Part shown: piece by piece, positions 40,522 to 54,717 of the stretch
How the letters are laid out: each line of letters begins with the position of its first letter
How positions within the stretch are numbered: the stretch's first letter is position 1
From: the human T2T-CHM13v2.0 reference genome, Homo sapiens
Strand: one strand, 5' to 3'
DNA length: 64,000 bases
Assembly: GCF_009914755.1 (NCBI RefSeq)
Contig: NC_060943.1
Program-made: the position numbers and the translations under genes
The notes under the pieces: generated by a model
Told to the model about the DNA's origin: nothing
Database searches by the model: none
The model's input: only the letters and a program-made list of their open reading frames with translations

Positions 40522-41053
40522 AGCATTGATCCCCAAGCCCTGGGCCACAGACAGGTACCGGTCCCTGGCCTTTTAGGAACAAGGCCCTGCCGCAGGAGGT
40601 GAGCGGAGGGCAAGTGAGTGAAGCTTCATCTGTATTTACAGCGGCTCCCCATCACTCACATTACCCCTGAACTCCACCTCCTGTCAGATCATCAGCAGCA
40701 TTAGATTCTCATAGGGGCGCAGACCCTATTGTGCACTGCACATGCAAGGGATCTAGATTGCACACTCCTTATGAAAATCTAATGCCTGATGATCTGTCAG
40801 TGTCTCCCATCACCTCCAGATGGGACCATCTAGTTTCAGGAAAACACTCTCAGGGCTTCCACTAATTCTATATTATGGTGAGTTGTATAATTATTTTACC
40901 ATATATTACAATGTAATAATAATAGAAATAAAGTGCACAATAAATGTAATGCACTCAAGTCATCCCAAAACCATCCCCCCTCACCTCACCATCCATGGAA
41001 AAATTGTCTTCCATGACACCAGTCTCTGATGCCAAATTGGGTGGGGACTGCTA
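40522..41053. mobile_element. MER1A-like hAT-Charlie element
   Basis: ~530 bp; gaagcttcatctgtatttacagc, cattagattctcatagg, ccatggaaaaattgtcttccatga; terminal tcccca...tggggactgct. Confidence 0.8.
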
Positions 41054-41227
41054 GTGTAGATGATCTAATGTGTTGGTGCATAATTGTTCATGGCATTCTC
41101 TTACAGCCCTTTGAATTTCCGTAAGGTCGGTAGTAATGTCCCACTTCCACTGATGATTTTAGTTACTTGCATCTTTTTTTGTTAGTAATTCTAGCTGTAG
41201 TTTTGTCACCTTTGTTGATCTTTTTGA

Positions 41228-41593
<366 letters not shown>

Positions 41594-44210
41594 TGATCCA
41601 CCCACCTTGGTCTCCCAAAGTGCTGGGATTACAGGTGGGAGCCACTGCACCTGGCTGGAACTGGTTTTTGTATGAGATGTCTTACTGGTGGCTTTTCCTA
41701 GGCAAAGGGAATAAGATCTCGAGTTCCTACTGGAACCTAAGTGTTAGAGATGGGGATTCAGGTTAAATGAGTGGATGTGATTACCTGGGCAAAGCATGAG
41801 GCATGCGAAGGAATGGGTAAAGAATGGCTCTTGAGCAGAATCAGCCTTTAGTGGTGAAAGAGGACCTCTGGATGGTCCAGATGATCCAGAGAAGCAGGGA
41901 AAGAACCAGGAGACAGTTGTAGAGGAGCCGAGAATAGAGAATGATTCTCAAAGAAAATAGACACCACATTTTCGTGAGACTCTAAGACTGAAGTGCATTT
42001 ACTGGATTCACTGACACGGGAGTAAATTGTATTTTCTGTGAGGATGGGGATGATGGTAGTGGATGCTGGGTGTACTGAATTGGGAGATGGTGAATGTAGA
42101 CTGCTCCTAAGTTTTTGCTCGGAAGGGGGCACTAAGGGGAGCCAGGGCAGGCATTGGTTTCAAGATGGGATAGACCTGAGCATGTGTCCATGCATAGGAA
42201 ATTGTCTAGCAGGGCGAGAAATGAGGCTGAAAGTAAAGGAGAGCCAGGTAGTGCGAGGGTCCAGAGACGGGGATGGGCCTGGAGCAGATTTGAAAGGATT
42301 GCCTTGAGAAGGGAGGGCAGACATCTCTTTGTCATAGAAGGAAAGGAGGAGGTCATAGATCAGTTGTGAGAAGACTGTTTAAATAACTAGAAGCAAGAAG
42401 GTAAGAAAGCCTCATTTTTTTTCTTTCTTTTAAGCAGGGTTTAATATATGTTCAAGAAAATGCATAGGTCTTACTTAGGTGATCAGTTTGAATTTTTGAC
42501 AATTGTGTACACTGTACATCTGAAAATAGGTAAGTTTCTATCATCCTAGAAAGTTCCCTTTGCTTCTTTCAGTCTATCCCTGTCTTATCCTCCATTGAAG
42601 AAACCCCCTTTTTTTTTTCAATTCTATCAACTTAATTACGTTTTGCCTATTCATGGACATTATATTGTTGGAATCAGAGCGTTTCTTGTGTGTCCAGTTT
42701 CTTTTGGCCAGCATCGTAGGGATTTCTCCATGTAGTGTGTCTGCATAGTTTCTTTTTATTGCTGAGTAGTATTCCATTCTGTAAACATTGCAATTTGTAT
42801 ATCCATTCTCTGGTTGATAGATGTTTAGATTGTTTACAGTATTTGGCTATTAGGAATCAGACTACTACAGACATTTTTGTACGAGTCTTTGTGGATATAA
42901 ATTGTTTACAGTTTCTCTTATATAAATATCTAGGAGCAGAATTGTTGGATCAGATAGTCAGTGTGCTTGTTAAAAACTGCCAAAGTGTTTTCCAAAGTAG
43001 TTGAACTATTTCACACTCCTACCATCAGGATATGAGAGGTGCCAGTGTGCCCCAAACTCAGCAGCATTTAGTATTGGTAGTCTTTTTTATTTTGGCTGTT
43101 CTAGTTTTAATTTGCATTTCTCTAATGACTATGATATTCAACACCATTCGATGTGATTCTTACTGGTTTTGTGAAATGTCTGTTTATTAATTAAAGTCTT
43201 TTACCCTTTTTGTTGGGTTGATTTTCTTTCTTTCTTTCTGTTTTGAAGGAGTTCTTTTTATTTTTTCCAATAAGCCTTTTGCACTCCTATCTAGGAGTTC
43301 TTTAATCTGAATACGAATTCTTTTTCAGGTGTATGCATTGCAGATATTTTTTTCCCAATCCGTGGTTCACTGTTCATTTTCCTTTTTTCTTTTTCTTTTT
43401 TTGTTTTTAGAGACAGAATCTTACTCTATTGCCCAGGCTGGAGTGCATGATGGTAGCTCACTGCAGCTGTTCTCTATGAATTTTTAAGTTTCTGATTCAT
43501 CTCAAAAGATGTTTAAATTCAAATTCAGTGAGTGGAGGAGGTGGCAGAAGCATAGGTGGCCGCGAATCTCTAAAGTGAGAGTTGATGTGAGAAGGTTGCA
43601 CAGGAGACTTTGCCCAGAGAGCAGATTTCCAAATCATTGCCTGTGAGGTGAGGCTGATTCTAGTGATGATGCAGTCCAGGCCATGGCCCAAGGGTGTATA
43701 TGTTGGTGTGGAGTGTGGGTGCAAAGGGCATTGGAGTTTGGAACTCATGGTTGATCCTGGGTGGACCATCTTCATGGATAGAGCCATCCTAAATGATCGC
43801 AGGCCTCGAAGGTGAAGGAAGAGCAGAAGTCTAGGACCAGAGTGTTTAATGAGTGAGGGGGTTTAACAGAGTTGTACTTGGTGGAAAATCACTTAGGAAG
43901 AGTAATTCTGAACCCACTTATAGCAGATCAGGGGCTGTCCCCCCACCACATCACCACATTGCTGAGAGAGTTTACCTAAGTAAGATAAAAGTCCAGGATC
44001 AGGCAGATCTTGCTGCTCAAAAGAGGAAATGCCAAAAAACAAAACTCAGAGTTTTCTTTGGTGAGCAGGAGAGACAGATAGCCTTTCACTACTCCCGATG
44101 TTCTTTCATTTGCTACAGATGCCAGCTTGGAGAGTCACGTGAGAGCAAGAGAGTAGCTTTCTGGTTGTCCTGGTGCCCTGCTCAGGCAAACTGACTGCCA
44201 TTCTCTGAGG

Positions 44211-44235
44211 ATGGCAGCTCTGTCCCCCACATTTG
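44211..44235 (+). CDS. ZNF317: ZNF317 first coding exon (exon 2 = 44119-44235), MAALSPTF
   Basis: Acceptor ttgctacag|44119, ATG in good context (aggATGg) at 44211, donor TTG|GTAAGT. Phase 1 matches the next exon. Confidence 0.85.
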
Positions 44236-44805
44236 GTAAGTTCTTGGGTCAGTGCGTGCCCTGAGAAAGTGAGTGCAAGTGGCCCCTGCCACTTGATGGG
44301 GTGAAAGATACGTACACCATAGAGGGCTGCTGGGAGAGGATGGGCAAGTGGAAAAGGGGTGGGAACAGAGCCCCAGCAGCCACCCCAGTGACTGTGTCTG
44401 CTGAGGGTCTTGGTGGGTCTGGGAGCAGGCCAGTGTCCTTATCATTCATGCATGAAGAGGGTGCAGGTAATGGGTAACCCTGAGTTATCTCATTTATTAT
44501 TTTGATCACTTTCAGCAAGGTCACAACTCTAGCTCTCAGAACTTGCATTTCTTCACTCCTAGGTTGGAACTATGTCACTTCTTATGAGTATGTAGCCCAC
44601 CACCCTCTTTATGTTTTTGGTGGAACAGGGCTGCTCTGACTTGTTATGAAACTGATGTGTGCAAGAGAGGTGGGGGGAGGAAGAGAGAGAGAGGATTGAG
44701 GATGTGAACACTCAGAATCAGTGTGGAGCAGTTTCCTGGTTTACAAGTGTTGTATTATGAGACAGGGCAGGCTCTGATTCTCATGAACCCTGTTTTCTCC
44801 TCCAG

Positions 44806-44942
44806 CCACGTCCACCCAGGATTCCACCTGTCTCCAGGACTCAGAATTTCCTGTTTCTTCAAAAGACCATTCCTGTCCCCAGAATTTGGACCTGTTCGTG
44901 TGCAGTGGTCTGGAGCCTCACACACCCAGTGTTGGTTCCCAG
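44806..44942 (+). CDS. ZNF317: ZNF317 coding exon 3 (pre-KRAB segment)
   Basis: Acceptor tgttttctcctccag; reads ATSTQDSTCLQDSEF...TPSVGSQ; donor CAG|GTGCAC; 137 nt restores phase 0. Confidence 0.85.
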
Positions 44943-45437
44943 GTGCACTAAGATCTCTGGGTCCCTAGAGCAGGAGAGGCACTTCCTGGAAGACCCCACC
45001 AGTGCATGCTGGAATTCTTGCAGAGCTTCATCTCAGCCAGTGGATGCCAGAACAGGGCCCAAGAGAGAGCCAAGGAATATTGGGGCTGTCCTGGTGTTGG
45101 GGAAGTTAGGGGAAGTGATTTATGTAGCATCTGTTTCCCTCATGCTTGCAAAATCTCAGGCCCTTGCTCAGCCCCAGAGACGGGGGGAAATAAAGGGCAA
45201 AGCTCTCGGAGTGGGCTAGAACTGGAGGGAGATTAGTCCCTTGTCAGGGTTGCATCTGAAGTGACGGCACAGGACAAGATGGCCTCAATGGGGAGAGAGG
45301 ATGTCTGAGGACTGATGCCTGGAGGAAATGTTGAGCCCCGTAGCAGGCCATCTGGAAATCCTGTGTTGGGTCTCTCATGCCCGGTCTTCAACCTCAGCCA
45401 TCTTACCATGAACATCGTTAGGCTGGTTCCTCGCTGA

Positions 45438-45623
<186 letters not shown>

Positions 45624-46173
45624 TGAATTAGATGTTTTTGTTTGAGTATGTTCTGTGACCCAGGAACTATGCAGCGGTTCAGAACGCAGCTGTGAACAAG
45701 CAGCCCCAGCACCCATGCTTAATGGGGCCTCTCCTGGGTATCGAGGCCCATCTATTGCAGGGACCATGGTGGTTCTCCGGTGTGTGTCTGAGCTTGGCAT
45801 GGGCTTCTGAAATACGAAATCCCCATTCTTTTGGAGGGTCAGTGTGTGGGTACTTGTGATCTTATTTCCTATTTCTTTTTTTTTTTTTTTTTTTTTATTT
45901 TTGGTGATGAAGGGTTCTCACTATGTTGCCCAGACTGATCTTGAACTCCTGGCTACAGGCACGAGCCACCATGCTTTGCCTGTGGTTTTGTTTTCTATCA
46001 GTCAAAAACTTTTACTGTGTTCCTTAGAAATTTTGGCACCACCATTTTGCTGCTCCTAAGTCAGACTTGTCCACCCTCAGAACACTGAAGACCCAAGTGT
46101 TGAGCCCAGGCTACTGGAAGGGGTTGTCCTCTGCATGGCCCTCCCTCAACCTGTGTCTTTCCCGTGAGTGTAG

Positions 46174-46269
46174 GGTATCAGGTCGGCAAACCCAGCCTCA
46201 TCTCACACTTGGAGCAGGAGGAGGAGCCGAGGACAGAGGAGAGGGGCGCTCACCAGGGCGCTTGTGCAG
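46174..46269 (+). CDS. ZNF317: ZNF317 KRAB-B exon (96 nt, skippable in frame)
   Basis: GYQVGKPSLISHLEQEEEP...; tag/gtgagc boundaries; symmetric phase 1-1. Confidence 0.9.
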
Positions 46270-46629
46270 GTGAGCGAGCCCCAGGCAAAGAGCGGTGCTG
46301 TGACTCTACCTCTATTCAGTGACTGGGGTGGAGGGAGGTAGGTTAGGGAGTGTCACCCAGGGAAATTGAGAGATGCTCCTTCCCTCTTTTTGCCCATCCA
46401 TTCTCTGACAAATCTTTTGGTCCACACACTCCTTCATCTTTGACTTTCACATTCCCATTATTGGGCTCTTTGTCCCATTCTTTCATATTTGATGTTTCTG
46501 ATCATCCGCTTTCTGTCATTATCAACATCATCTGAATTGCCTTAAATTTCTTTTTTCTTTTTTTTTTTTTTTTTTTTTTTTTTTTGACGGAGTCTCACTC
46601 TGTTGCCAGGCTGGAGTGCAGTGGCATGA

Positions 46630-46842
<213 letters not shown>

Positions 46843-47019
46843 TAAATTTCTACCCCTGGCATTGCCAAATATCTCACATGACCAGATTTTTTAACAATTG
46901 CTTTTGCACCACTTTTCCTTACATAGCCTTAGGATCTGCCAAGAAATCCACCTGTCATTGTCACCATCATCCCACCATTTTCCTTTTCCAACAATTAATA
47001 CTTTTCCAATTTGTTTCAG

Positions 47020-47102
47020 ATTGGGAGACTCCATCTAAAACCAAGTGGTCACTTCTTATGGAAGATATTTTTGGGAAGGAAACGCCCAGTGGTGTGACGA
47101 TG
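47020..47102 (+). CDS. ZNF317: ZNF317 spacer exon 6
   Basis: Acceptor ttgtttcag; DWETPSKTKWSLLMEDIFGKETPSGVTM; donor ATG|GTAAGA; 83 nt restores phase 0. Confidence 0.88.
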
Positions 47103-47759
47103 GTAAGATTTCCGTGGGATAATTCTGGATCTTCCTTCCACGTCTGAGGAGACTGGGGCAGCCTAGGTTAGAAAAGCAGTTCAACACCAGGGCAAGCAGC
47201 TTCCCTCAGAGGAGACTGTGTTTCAGAGACACTGGGTATTACCAAGATGGAGACAACCCTAAAGCTAACCTCAAGCTACTTTACCTAGAGTGTCTCTGAG
47301 TGAAGATTTTTATAGCTGTGTCTCAGATATTGAGTGTTGGGGCTCAATGCAGTTTTTGTTTTATTTTATATTTATGCTGTACACTTACTTATCAATTTAG
47401 TTTTGGTGGTGTTTATTTTTTGGGGGGCAGACAGTCTTGCTCTTGTTGCCCAGTGCAGTGGGCAACATCTTGGCTCACTGCAACCTCTGCCTCCCAGGCT
47501 CAAGCCATCCTCCCACCTCAGCCTCCTGAGCAGCTGGGACTATAGGCGTGTGCCACCACACTTGGCTGATTTTTCTATTTTTTGCAGAGACAGGATTTCA
47601 CCATGTTGCCCAGGCTGGTCTTGAACTCCTGGAGATCCATCAGCCTCGGTCTCCCAAAGTGCTGGGATTATAGGCTTGAGCCACCATGCCCAGCCTCAAT
47701 TCAGTGGTTTTTGTTTGTTTGTTTTTGTTGTTGTTTTTGTTTTTTGTTTTTTTTTTTGA

Positions 47760-48059
<300 letters not shown>

Positions 48060-48307
48060 TGAAGAAATGCTATATGCAAAAAGCTTTGAAAAAGTAACAC
48101 ATGTGGAGCCTTGTGGCCTGGCATTCACCTATTGTCCTTGATGGAGCTCAAATGGGGCAGGGACAGCACGTTTGCACGGCAGATGGTTACAGCTCTAGTC
48201 ATAGTAATGTGCTTCTATCTGTTCATAGCAGTGTATGTGGGGATGACGCTTAGGGTTGCAATGAATATGAGAATTGCCTTTGTCAGCACTTACGTCTTAA
48301 CCAACAG

Positions 48308-49627
48308 GAAAGAGCCGGTCTTGGAGAGAAGTCCACTGAATACGCTCACTTGTTCGAAGTCTTTGGCATGGACCCTCATCTCACTCAGCCAATGGGAAGG
48401 CACGCTGGCAAGAGGCCCTATCACCGCCGCGACTATGGGGTAGCGTTCAAGGGCAGGCCGCACCTCACTCAGCACATGAGCATGTACGACGGGAGAAAAA
48501 TGCATGAATGTCATCAGTGCCAAAAAGCCTTCACCACGAGCGCGTCCCTCACACGGCACAGGAGAATCCACACCGGGGAGAAGCCTTACGAGTGCAGCGA
48601 CTGCGGGAAAGCCTTCAACGACCCTTCAGCCCTTAGGAGCCACGCAAGAACTCACCTCAAAGAGAAGCCCTTTGACTGCAGTCAGTGTGGAAATGCATTC
48701 CGGACCCTCTCGGCCCTGAAAATCCACATGCGAGTTCACACTGGCGAGAGGCCTTACAAGTGTGATCAGTGCGGGAAGGCTTACGGCCGGAGCTGCCACC
48801 TCATCGCACACAAGAGAACGCACACCGGAGAGAGGCCCTACGAGTGTCACGACTGTGGGAAAGCTTTCCAGCACCCCTCCCACCTCAAAGAGCACGTGAG
48901 GAATCACACGGGGGAGAAGCCCTACGCGTGCACGCAGTGCGGCAAAGCCTTCCGCTGGAAGTCCAACTTTAATTTGCACAAGAAGAACCACATGGTGGAG
49001 AAGACCTACGAATGTAAAGAATGCGGGAAATCCTTTGGCGATCTCGTGTCCCGGAGGAAACACATGAGGATTCACATCATCAAGAAACCCGTGGAATGTC
49101 GGCAGTGCGGGAAGACCTTCCGAAACCAGTCCATCCTTAAGACTCACATGAACTCTCACACTGGAGAGAAACCATACGGGTGCGATCTCTGCGGGAAAGC
49201 TTTCAGCGCGAGTTCAAACCTCACCGCACACAGGAAGATACACACGCAAGAGAGACGCTACGAATGCGCCGCCTGCGGGAAAGTCTTCGGTGACTATTTA
49301 TCCCGGCGGAGGCACATGAGCGTTCACCTTGTAAAGAAACGAGTTGAGTGTAGGCAGTGTGGCAAGGCCTTCAGGAACCAGTCAACGCTGAAGACGCACA
49401 TGCGAAGCCACACGGGGGAGAAACCGTACGAATGCGATCACTGTGGGAAGGCCTTCAGCATAGGCTCCAACCTGAATGTGCACAGGCGGATCCACACCGG
49501 GGAGAAGCCCTACGAATGCCTTGTCTGCGGGAAAGCCTTCAGCGACCACTCATCCCTCAGGAGCCACGTGAAAACTCACCGGGGAGAGAAGCTCTTTGTG
49601 TCATCCGTGTGGAAAAGGCTCCAGTGA
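48308..49627 (+). CDS. ZNF317: ZNF317 terminal exon, 13 C2H2 zinc fingers
   Basis: Acceptor ccaacag|GAA; 439 codons to TGA; 13 CxxC-x12-HxxxH fingers with TGEKPY-type linkers. Spliced total is 156+439 = 595 aa. Confidence 0.97.
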   Translation, partial: ERAGLGEKSTEYAHLFEVFGMDPHLTQPMGRHAGKRPYHRRDYGVAFKGRPHLTQHMSMYDGRKMHECHQCQKAFTTSASLTRHRRIHTGEKPYECSDCGKAFNDPSALRSHARTHLKEKPFDCSQCGNAFRTLSALKIHMRVHTGERPYKCDQCGKAYGRSCHLIAHKRTHTGERPYECHDCGKAFQHPSHLKEHVRNHTGEKPYACTQCGKAFRWKSNFNLHKKNHMVEKTYECKECGKSFGDLVSRRKHMRIHIIKKPVECRQCGKTFRNQSILKTHMNSHTGEKPYGCDLCGKAFSASSNLTAHRKIHTQERRYECAACGKVFGDYLSRRRHMSVHLVKKRVECRQCGKAFRNQSTLKTHMRSHTGEKPYECDHCGKAFSIGSNLNVHRRIHTGEKPYECLVCGKAFSDHSSLRSHVKTHRGEKLFVSSVWKRLQ

Positions 49628-50297
49628 GCGCGCCTGCTTTAGAGACACAGGATGATTCAGACCGGAAACAGACCTCGTGGGTGTAAGAGGAAGCCTCTGT
49701 GAGCTCGCACCTTACTGGGTGCAAAAGAATCCACGGAACTTGGGAGAAGTCCAGTTCCTGTAAAAACTGGGAAGACGAGGCGTTCTCATCCCATAGGAGG
49801 TTTGTGAGAACTCACGCCGGGGGTGAAAATGTACGTCTGTAGCATGGAGAAGCCTTCAGGGTACATTCAGCTCTTAACAAACACAGGAGGACTTAATGGC
49901 AGCTTGGCATTTAATGTCAAAATCCAAGCCGTGGCATTTAATGTCAAAATGACTTCAGACCACTTCTAGCCTTCTGGGCCCATGAGTAATAATGAGCACA
50001 CTAGGGAGCATCTCTGTAAACACAGTGGCTGGGGAAACCCTTCCTAGTCTCACTTGATTCCTCATGACGGAAATCACACTAAAGAGAGAAATCAGTGAAG
50101 TAAGGAACGTGGAAGGTCATGAATGGGCCGCAAACCACGGCCAGCTGCTTGTCTTTGTATGGCTTGCCAGCTAACAATAGTGGTTCCATCTTTAAGGAAG
50201 AAGAATGTTTGATGGAGAAAATTTGTGGCCAATGAAGTCTGAAATACTTCCTGTCATCTGCCCCTTTCCAGAAAAACTTGGCCGACCCTTGGTCTAC

Positions 50298-50510
50298 AGC
50301 ACGGGTTCTCAGTCGGGCGACGATTTGGCTGTCTAGGCGTCATTTGGCAATGTCTAGAGACATTTTTGGTAGTTAGAATGGGGGGAAGATACTCCTGACT
50401 TGTAATAAGAAGACATCAGAGATGCTGCTAAGTCGGCTCCAGCACACAGGAGCCCCCCACAACGAAGAGTTAGTGCCCCCAAACGTCACTGTTGCTGAGG
50501 TTGAAAATAA
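50298..50510. mobile_element. MER20-like DNA transposon in the ZNF317 3'UTR
   Basis: ggttctca...catttggcaatgtctagagacatttttggt...gatgctgctaa...gctgaggttgaaaa. Confidence 0.75.
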
Positions 50511-51579
50511 TCATGCAGTCATTCCTCAATTACTGCCTGCAGCAATTCCTCCATTTTTATGAATCTTGTGAGCACTTACGCTAGGAGAAATTTCTTTTAC
50601 AAAACTTTTAAAATACAATTAGTGCTGATAATTCCTATGTGGAAATGATTCCAGCCATGGTCCCCTCACTTGAGCATGTGAATATTCTCACGGAGAGAAG
50701 CCCCAGCGAGATTTTCCGGTGAATACGGGATTGCACTTACTCTTTCATCACGGAAACAGACCCCCCGAGAGAAGCCCCAACGAGATTTTCCGGTGAATAC
50801 GGGACTGCACGTACTCTCTCATCATGAAAACAGAGCCCCGTTCATAAATTTTTCATCTTTATTTTTAAGGTTATACTCCTCTAAATAACCCTTAAGCCTC
50901 ATCAAGAAAGGTTTGTTTATAGTATTTTTACTATAGCTTCATCCTTGATAACGTCCTAATTTCCTTCTGGACAACCTCCTTGACCAATGGCATATTGAGA
51001 TCTATGTGACATGAGGATATTTCTCAGTACCACTTTGTTACTGGTACCTGATGCACACGGATTGCGACCAGAGCATGATGCCTCCATCAAGTGGTAATAT
51101 GTTTGCAGCCTGCTGTCCAGCCAAGAGTGACAGATACTTCTAGTGACTTCCCCGGTATCCACTCTCATCTTCTTCCAATATCAAGAGAATCCAGGTTCTG
51201 TCAGATTAGTAAGGTGTGCTAATCTAAATTTTAAAAAATCTCTTACAGGTTTTCTTGCAGCTGGTACCATCCATGTCTCACAGCCCTGGCCACTGACAGA
51301 TCAGCAGATGTCACCACATGGGCTTCTGAGAAAGCTCTTGAATGGGGATCGTTCTTAAACATGAATTCCTCCCTGTATGTTTTGTTCTTTGCTTTACTTT
51401 TCACCTTGCAAAGAGATCCAGTACCTAGTATTGGAAGATCCACCTTAACGACCGTGCATATGAAAACCACAGTCTAAGGAAGTGACTGCAGAAAGCTCAC
51501 AGCGACCCTGGCCTCCCCTGTGGCCTCTTTGAGTGTCTGCAGCAGCCCTGGACTTCCAGACTTCTATCACATGAGAAAA

Positions 51580-51585
51580 AATAAA
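51580..51585 (+). terminator. Polyadenylation signal AATAAA for ZNF317
   Basis: Canonical hexamer followed about 35 nt later by the T-rich tract ttcattgtttttctttt. Confidence 0.7.
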
Positions 51586-51731
51586 ACTGATTATTGGTTT
51601 AAGCTGCTATGGATATTTCATTGTTTTTCTTTTAAATTTATTTATTTTAAGATGGGGGTCTCCCTATGTTGCCTAGGCTAGATTCGAACTCCTGGGCTCA
51701 AACAATCTTCCTGCCTCAGTCTCCCAAGTAG

Positions 51732-52067
<336 letters not shown>

Positions 52068-52294
52068 TAGTAGAGATGGGGTTTCACCGTGTTAGCCAGG
52101 ATGGTCTTGATGGCCTGACCTCATGATCCGCCCACCTTGGCCTCCCAAAGTGCTGGGATTACAGGCGTGAGCCACCGCGCCCGGCCATGTTCAGATGACT
52201 GATTAGCCTATCAAAGGCATTCTTCCGTTTCTTTATGGTGGCTTTGATTTCTGATCTTTCCTTCTGATTCTTTGAGTCTCTATTTTTCTGCTGA

Positions 52295-52680
52295 TGATGT
52301 AGGGCAGATGAGCCCCCAAACTGGGGGTTAGCCCAGGAGGGTTCTTGGCTTTGCTCAGGAAAGAATTCAAGAGGCAGCCAGCAGTAAAAGAAATTGGGTT
52401 TATTGAAGCAGCAGGGCACAGCAGAGTGGCTGCCCCTTGTGGAGCAGGGCTGACTCATAGGCAGTATACCCAGGGTAGCAGCATATAGGCTGTTGGCTAG
52501 CAGTATTTATACCCAGTTTTAATTACATGCAAATTAAGGGGTGGGCTATTCAGACAGCACTCCTCATTCACCTTCCACCATGATTGTGAGGCCTCCCCAG
52601 CCATGTGGAACTATGAGTCCATTAAACCTCTTTATGAATTAGGCAGTCTCAGGTATGTCTTTATTAGCAGTGTGAGACAC
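52295..52680. mobile_element. Fused LTR fragments: antisense ERV1-type LTR end (52295-52550) plus sense THE1-type 3' end (52560-52680)
   Basis: tgtagggcagatgagcccc...gaaagaattcaag...tttattgaagc, then ccaccatgattgtgaggcctccccagccatgtggaact.tgagtccattaaacctc. Confidence 0.65.
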
Positions 52681-53758
52681 AGTTGCTCCGGCCTATAAAT
52701 GACACATAGTTTTAAGTCTGTTTCCTGCAGTTCTCCTATGATTGGCCAGGGTTTTGATTCTGTTTTGTTTTTTTGCATTTTCAAATTAAGGGTAGATGAT
52801 TCTGAGGGTCTTGCTCCAGCTCTGTCTCAGGCCCCCCCACCAGCTATCCCTCTTTCTTGCAGTTTACCTAACAGAGCCTTGGGGTGGGCATGTGTGGGAC
52901 CGTGGTGCTAAGATTTAATGCTTTTTCTCATTTTACTCATAGTTATGTTGCAATTTTGGCATTCTCTATGTCTTAAAGGCAGTGTTGAAGGTATAGTTTT
53001 GTGTAGAAGATTCATAGGTGTGGAGTTACTTCACAGCATTTGAAAGGGGATTTGGGGAGGTTGCTTACCACTCACTGGCCATTGTTTTTAGTTACCTGGA
53101 AGTCTCCTCACCTTAGTTTTTGGAGATACTTTGGCTGAATATGTTATTTTATTTTATTTTAATTTATTTTTTGAGACAGAGTGTCGCCCAGGCTGGAGTG
53201 CAGTGGCATGATCTCAGCTCACTACAACCTCCACCTCCCAGGTTCAAACGATCTTGTGCCTTAGCCACCTGAGTAGCTGGGATTATAGGTTTGCACCACC
53301 ATGCCTGGCAAATTTTTGTATTTTTAGTAAAGTTGAGGTTCCATCACGTTAGCCAGGCTGGTCTTGAACTCCTGACCTCAGGTGATCTGCCTGCCTCAGC
53401 CTCCCAAGGTGCTGGGATTACAGGTGTGAGCCACCGCGCCTGGTCTGGATATGCTTTAAAGGGGTCATTTCTTTGTCTTCTGGCCTCCATTGTTGCTGAC
53501 TAAAAGTTAGCGTTATTCTTAACATTATTCCCCTGTAAGTAATGTAAGTAATGTGTTGCTTGTCACTGGCTCCTCTTCAGATAATTATCTTGGGTTTTCA
53601 ACAGTTTGACTCTGTGTCTTGGTGCAGTTTCCTGTGCATTTACTCTGCTTGGGGATCCTTCAGATTCTTAGATACGTGAGTCACTGTCTTTCACAAGGAA
53701 GTATTTGGCCATTATTTCTTCATAATTTTTTAATTGTGGTAAAATAAACATAACATGA

Positions 53759-53998
<240 letters not shown>

Positions 53999-54353
53999 TG
54001 ATCTCTTGACCTCATGATCCACCTGCCTCGGCCTCCCAAAGTGCTAGGATTACATGTGTGAGCCACCGCGCACAGCCCCATTTTAATCATTTTTTAGGTG
54101 TACTGTTCGGTGGCATTAAGTACATTGACAATATTGGCTACCACCACTATCCATTTTCAGATCTTTCTCTTCATTCCAAAAAATTATGTACCCATTAAGC
54201 AATCACTCCTCAACACTTCTATCTTCAGCCCCTGGTAACTTGTAGGTAGTGTCCATGAATTTTGTCAGAAGTAGAATAATAAAATACGTTGTTTTGTGTG
54301 CGTCTGCCTTATTTCATTAAAAGTAATGTTTTCAAGGCTTATCCATGTTGTAG

Positions 54354-54717
<364 letters not shown>

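Larger units (their letters stand above)
49628..51605 (+). other. ZNF317: ZNF317 3'UTR
   Basis: Alu-free stretch from the stop codon to AATAAA at 51580-51585, followed by a T/GT-rich downstream element. Confidence 0.7.

Noticed and set aside
48626-49159. 177-aa antisense ORF in the zinc-finger exon
   Set aside because: Common by-product of GC-rich C2H2 repeats; no independent promoter or domain evidence.
48350-49627. 425-aa single-exon zinc-finger ORF as a stand-alone gene
   Set aside because: Starts at TTG inside the last ZNF317 exon; the frame is entered by splicing at 48308.
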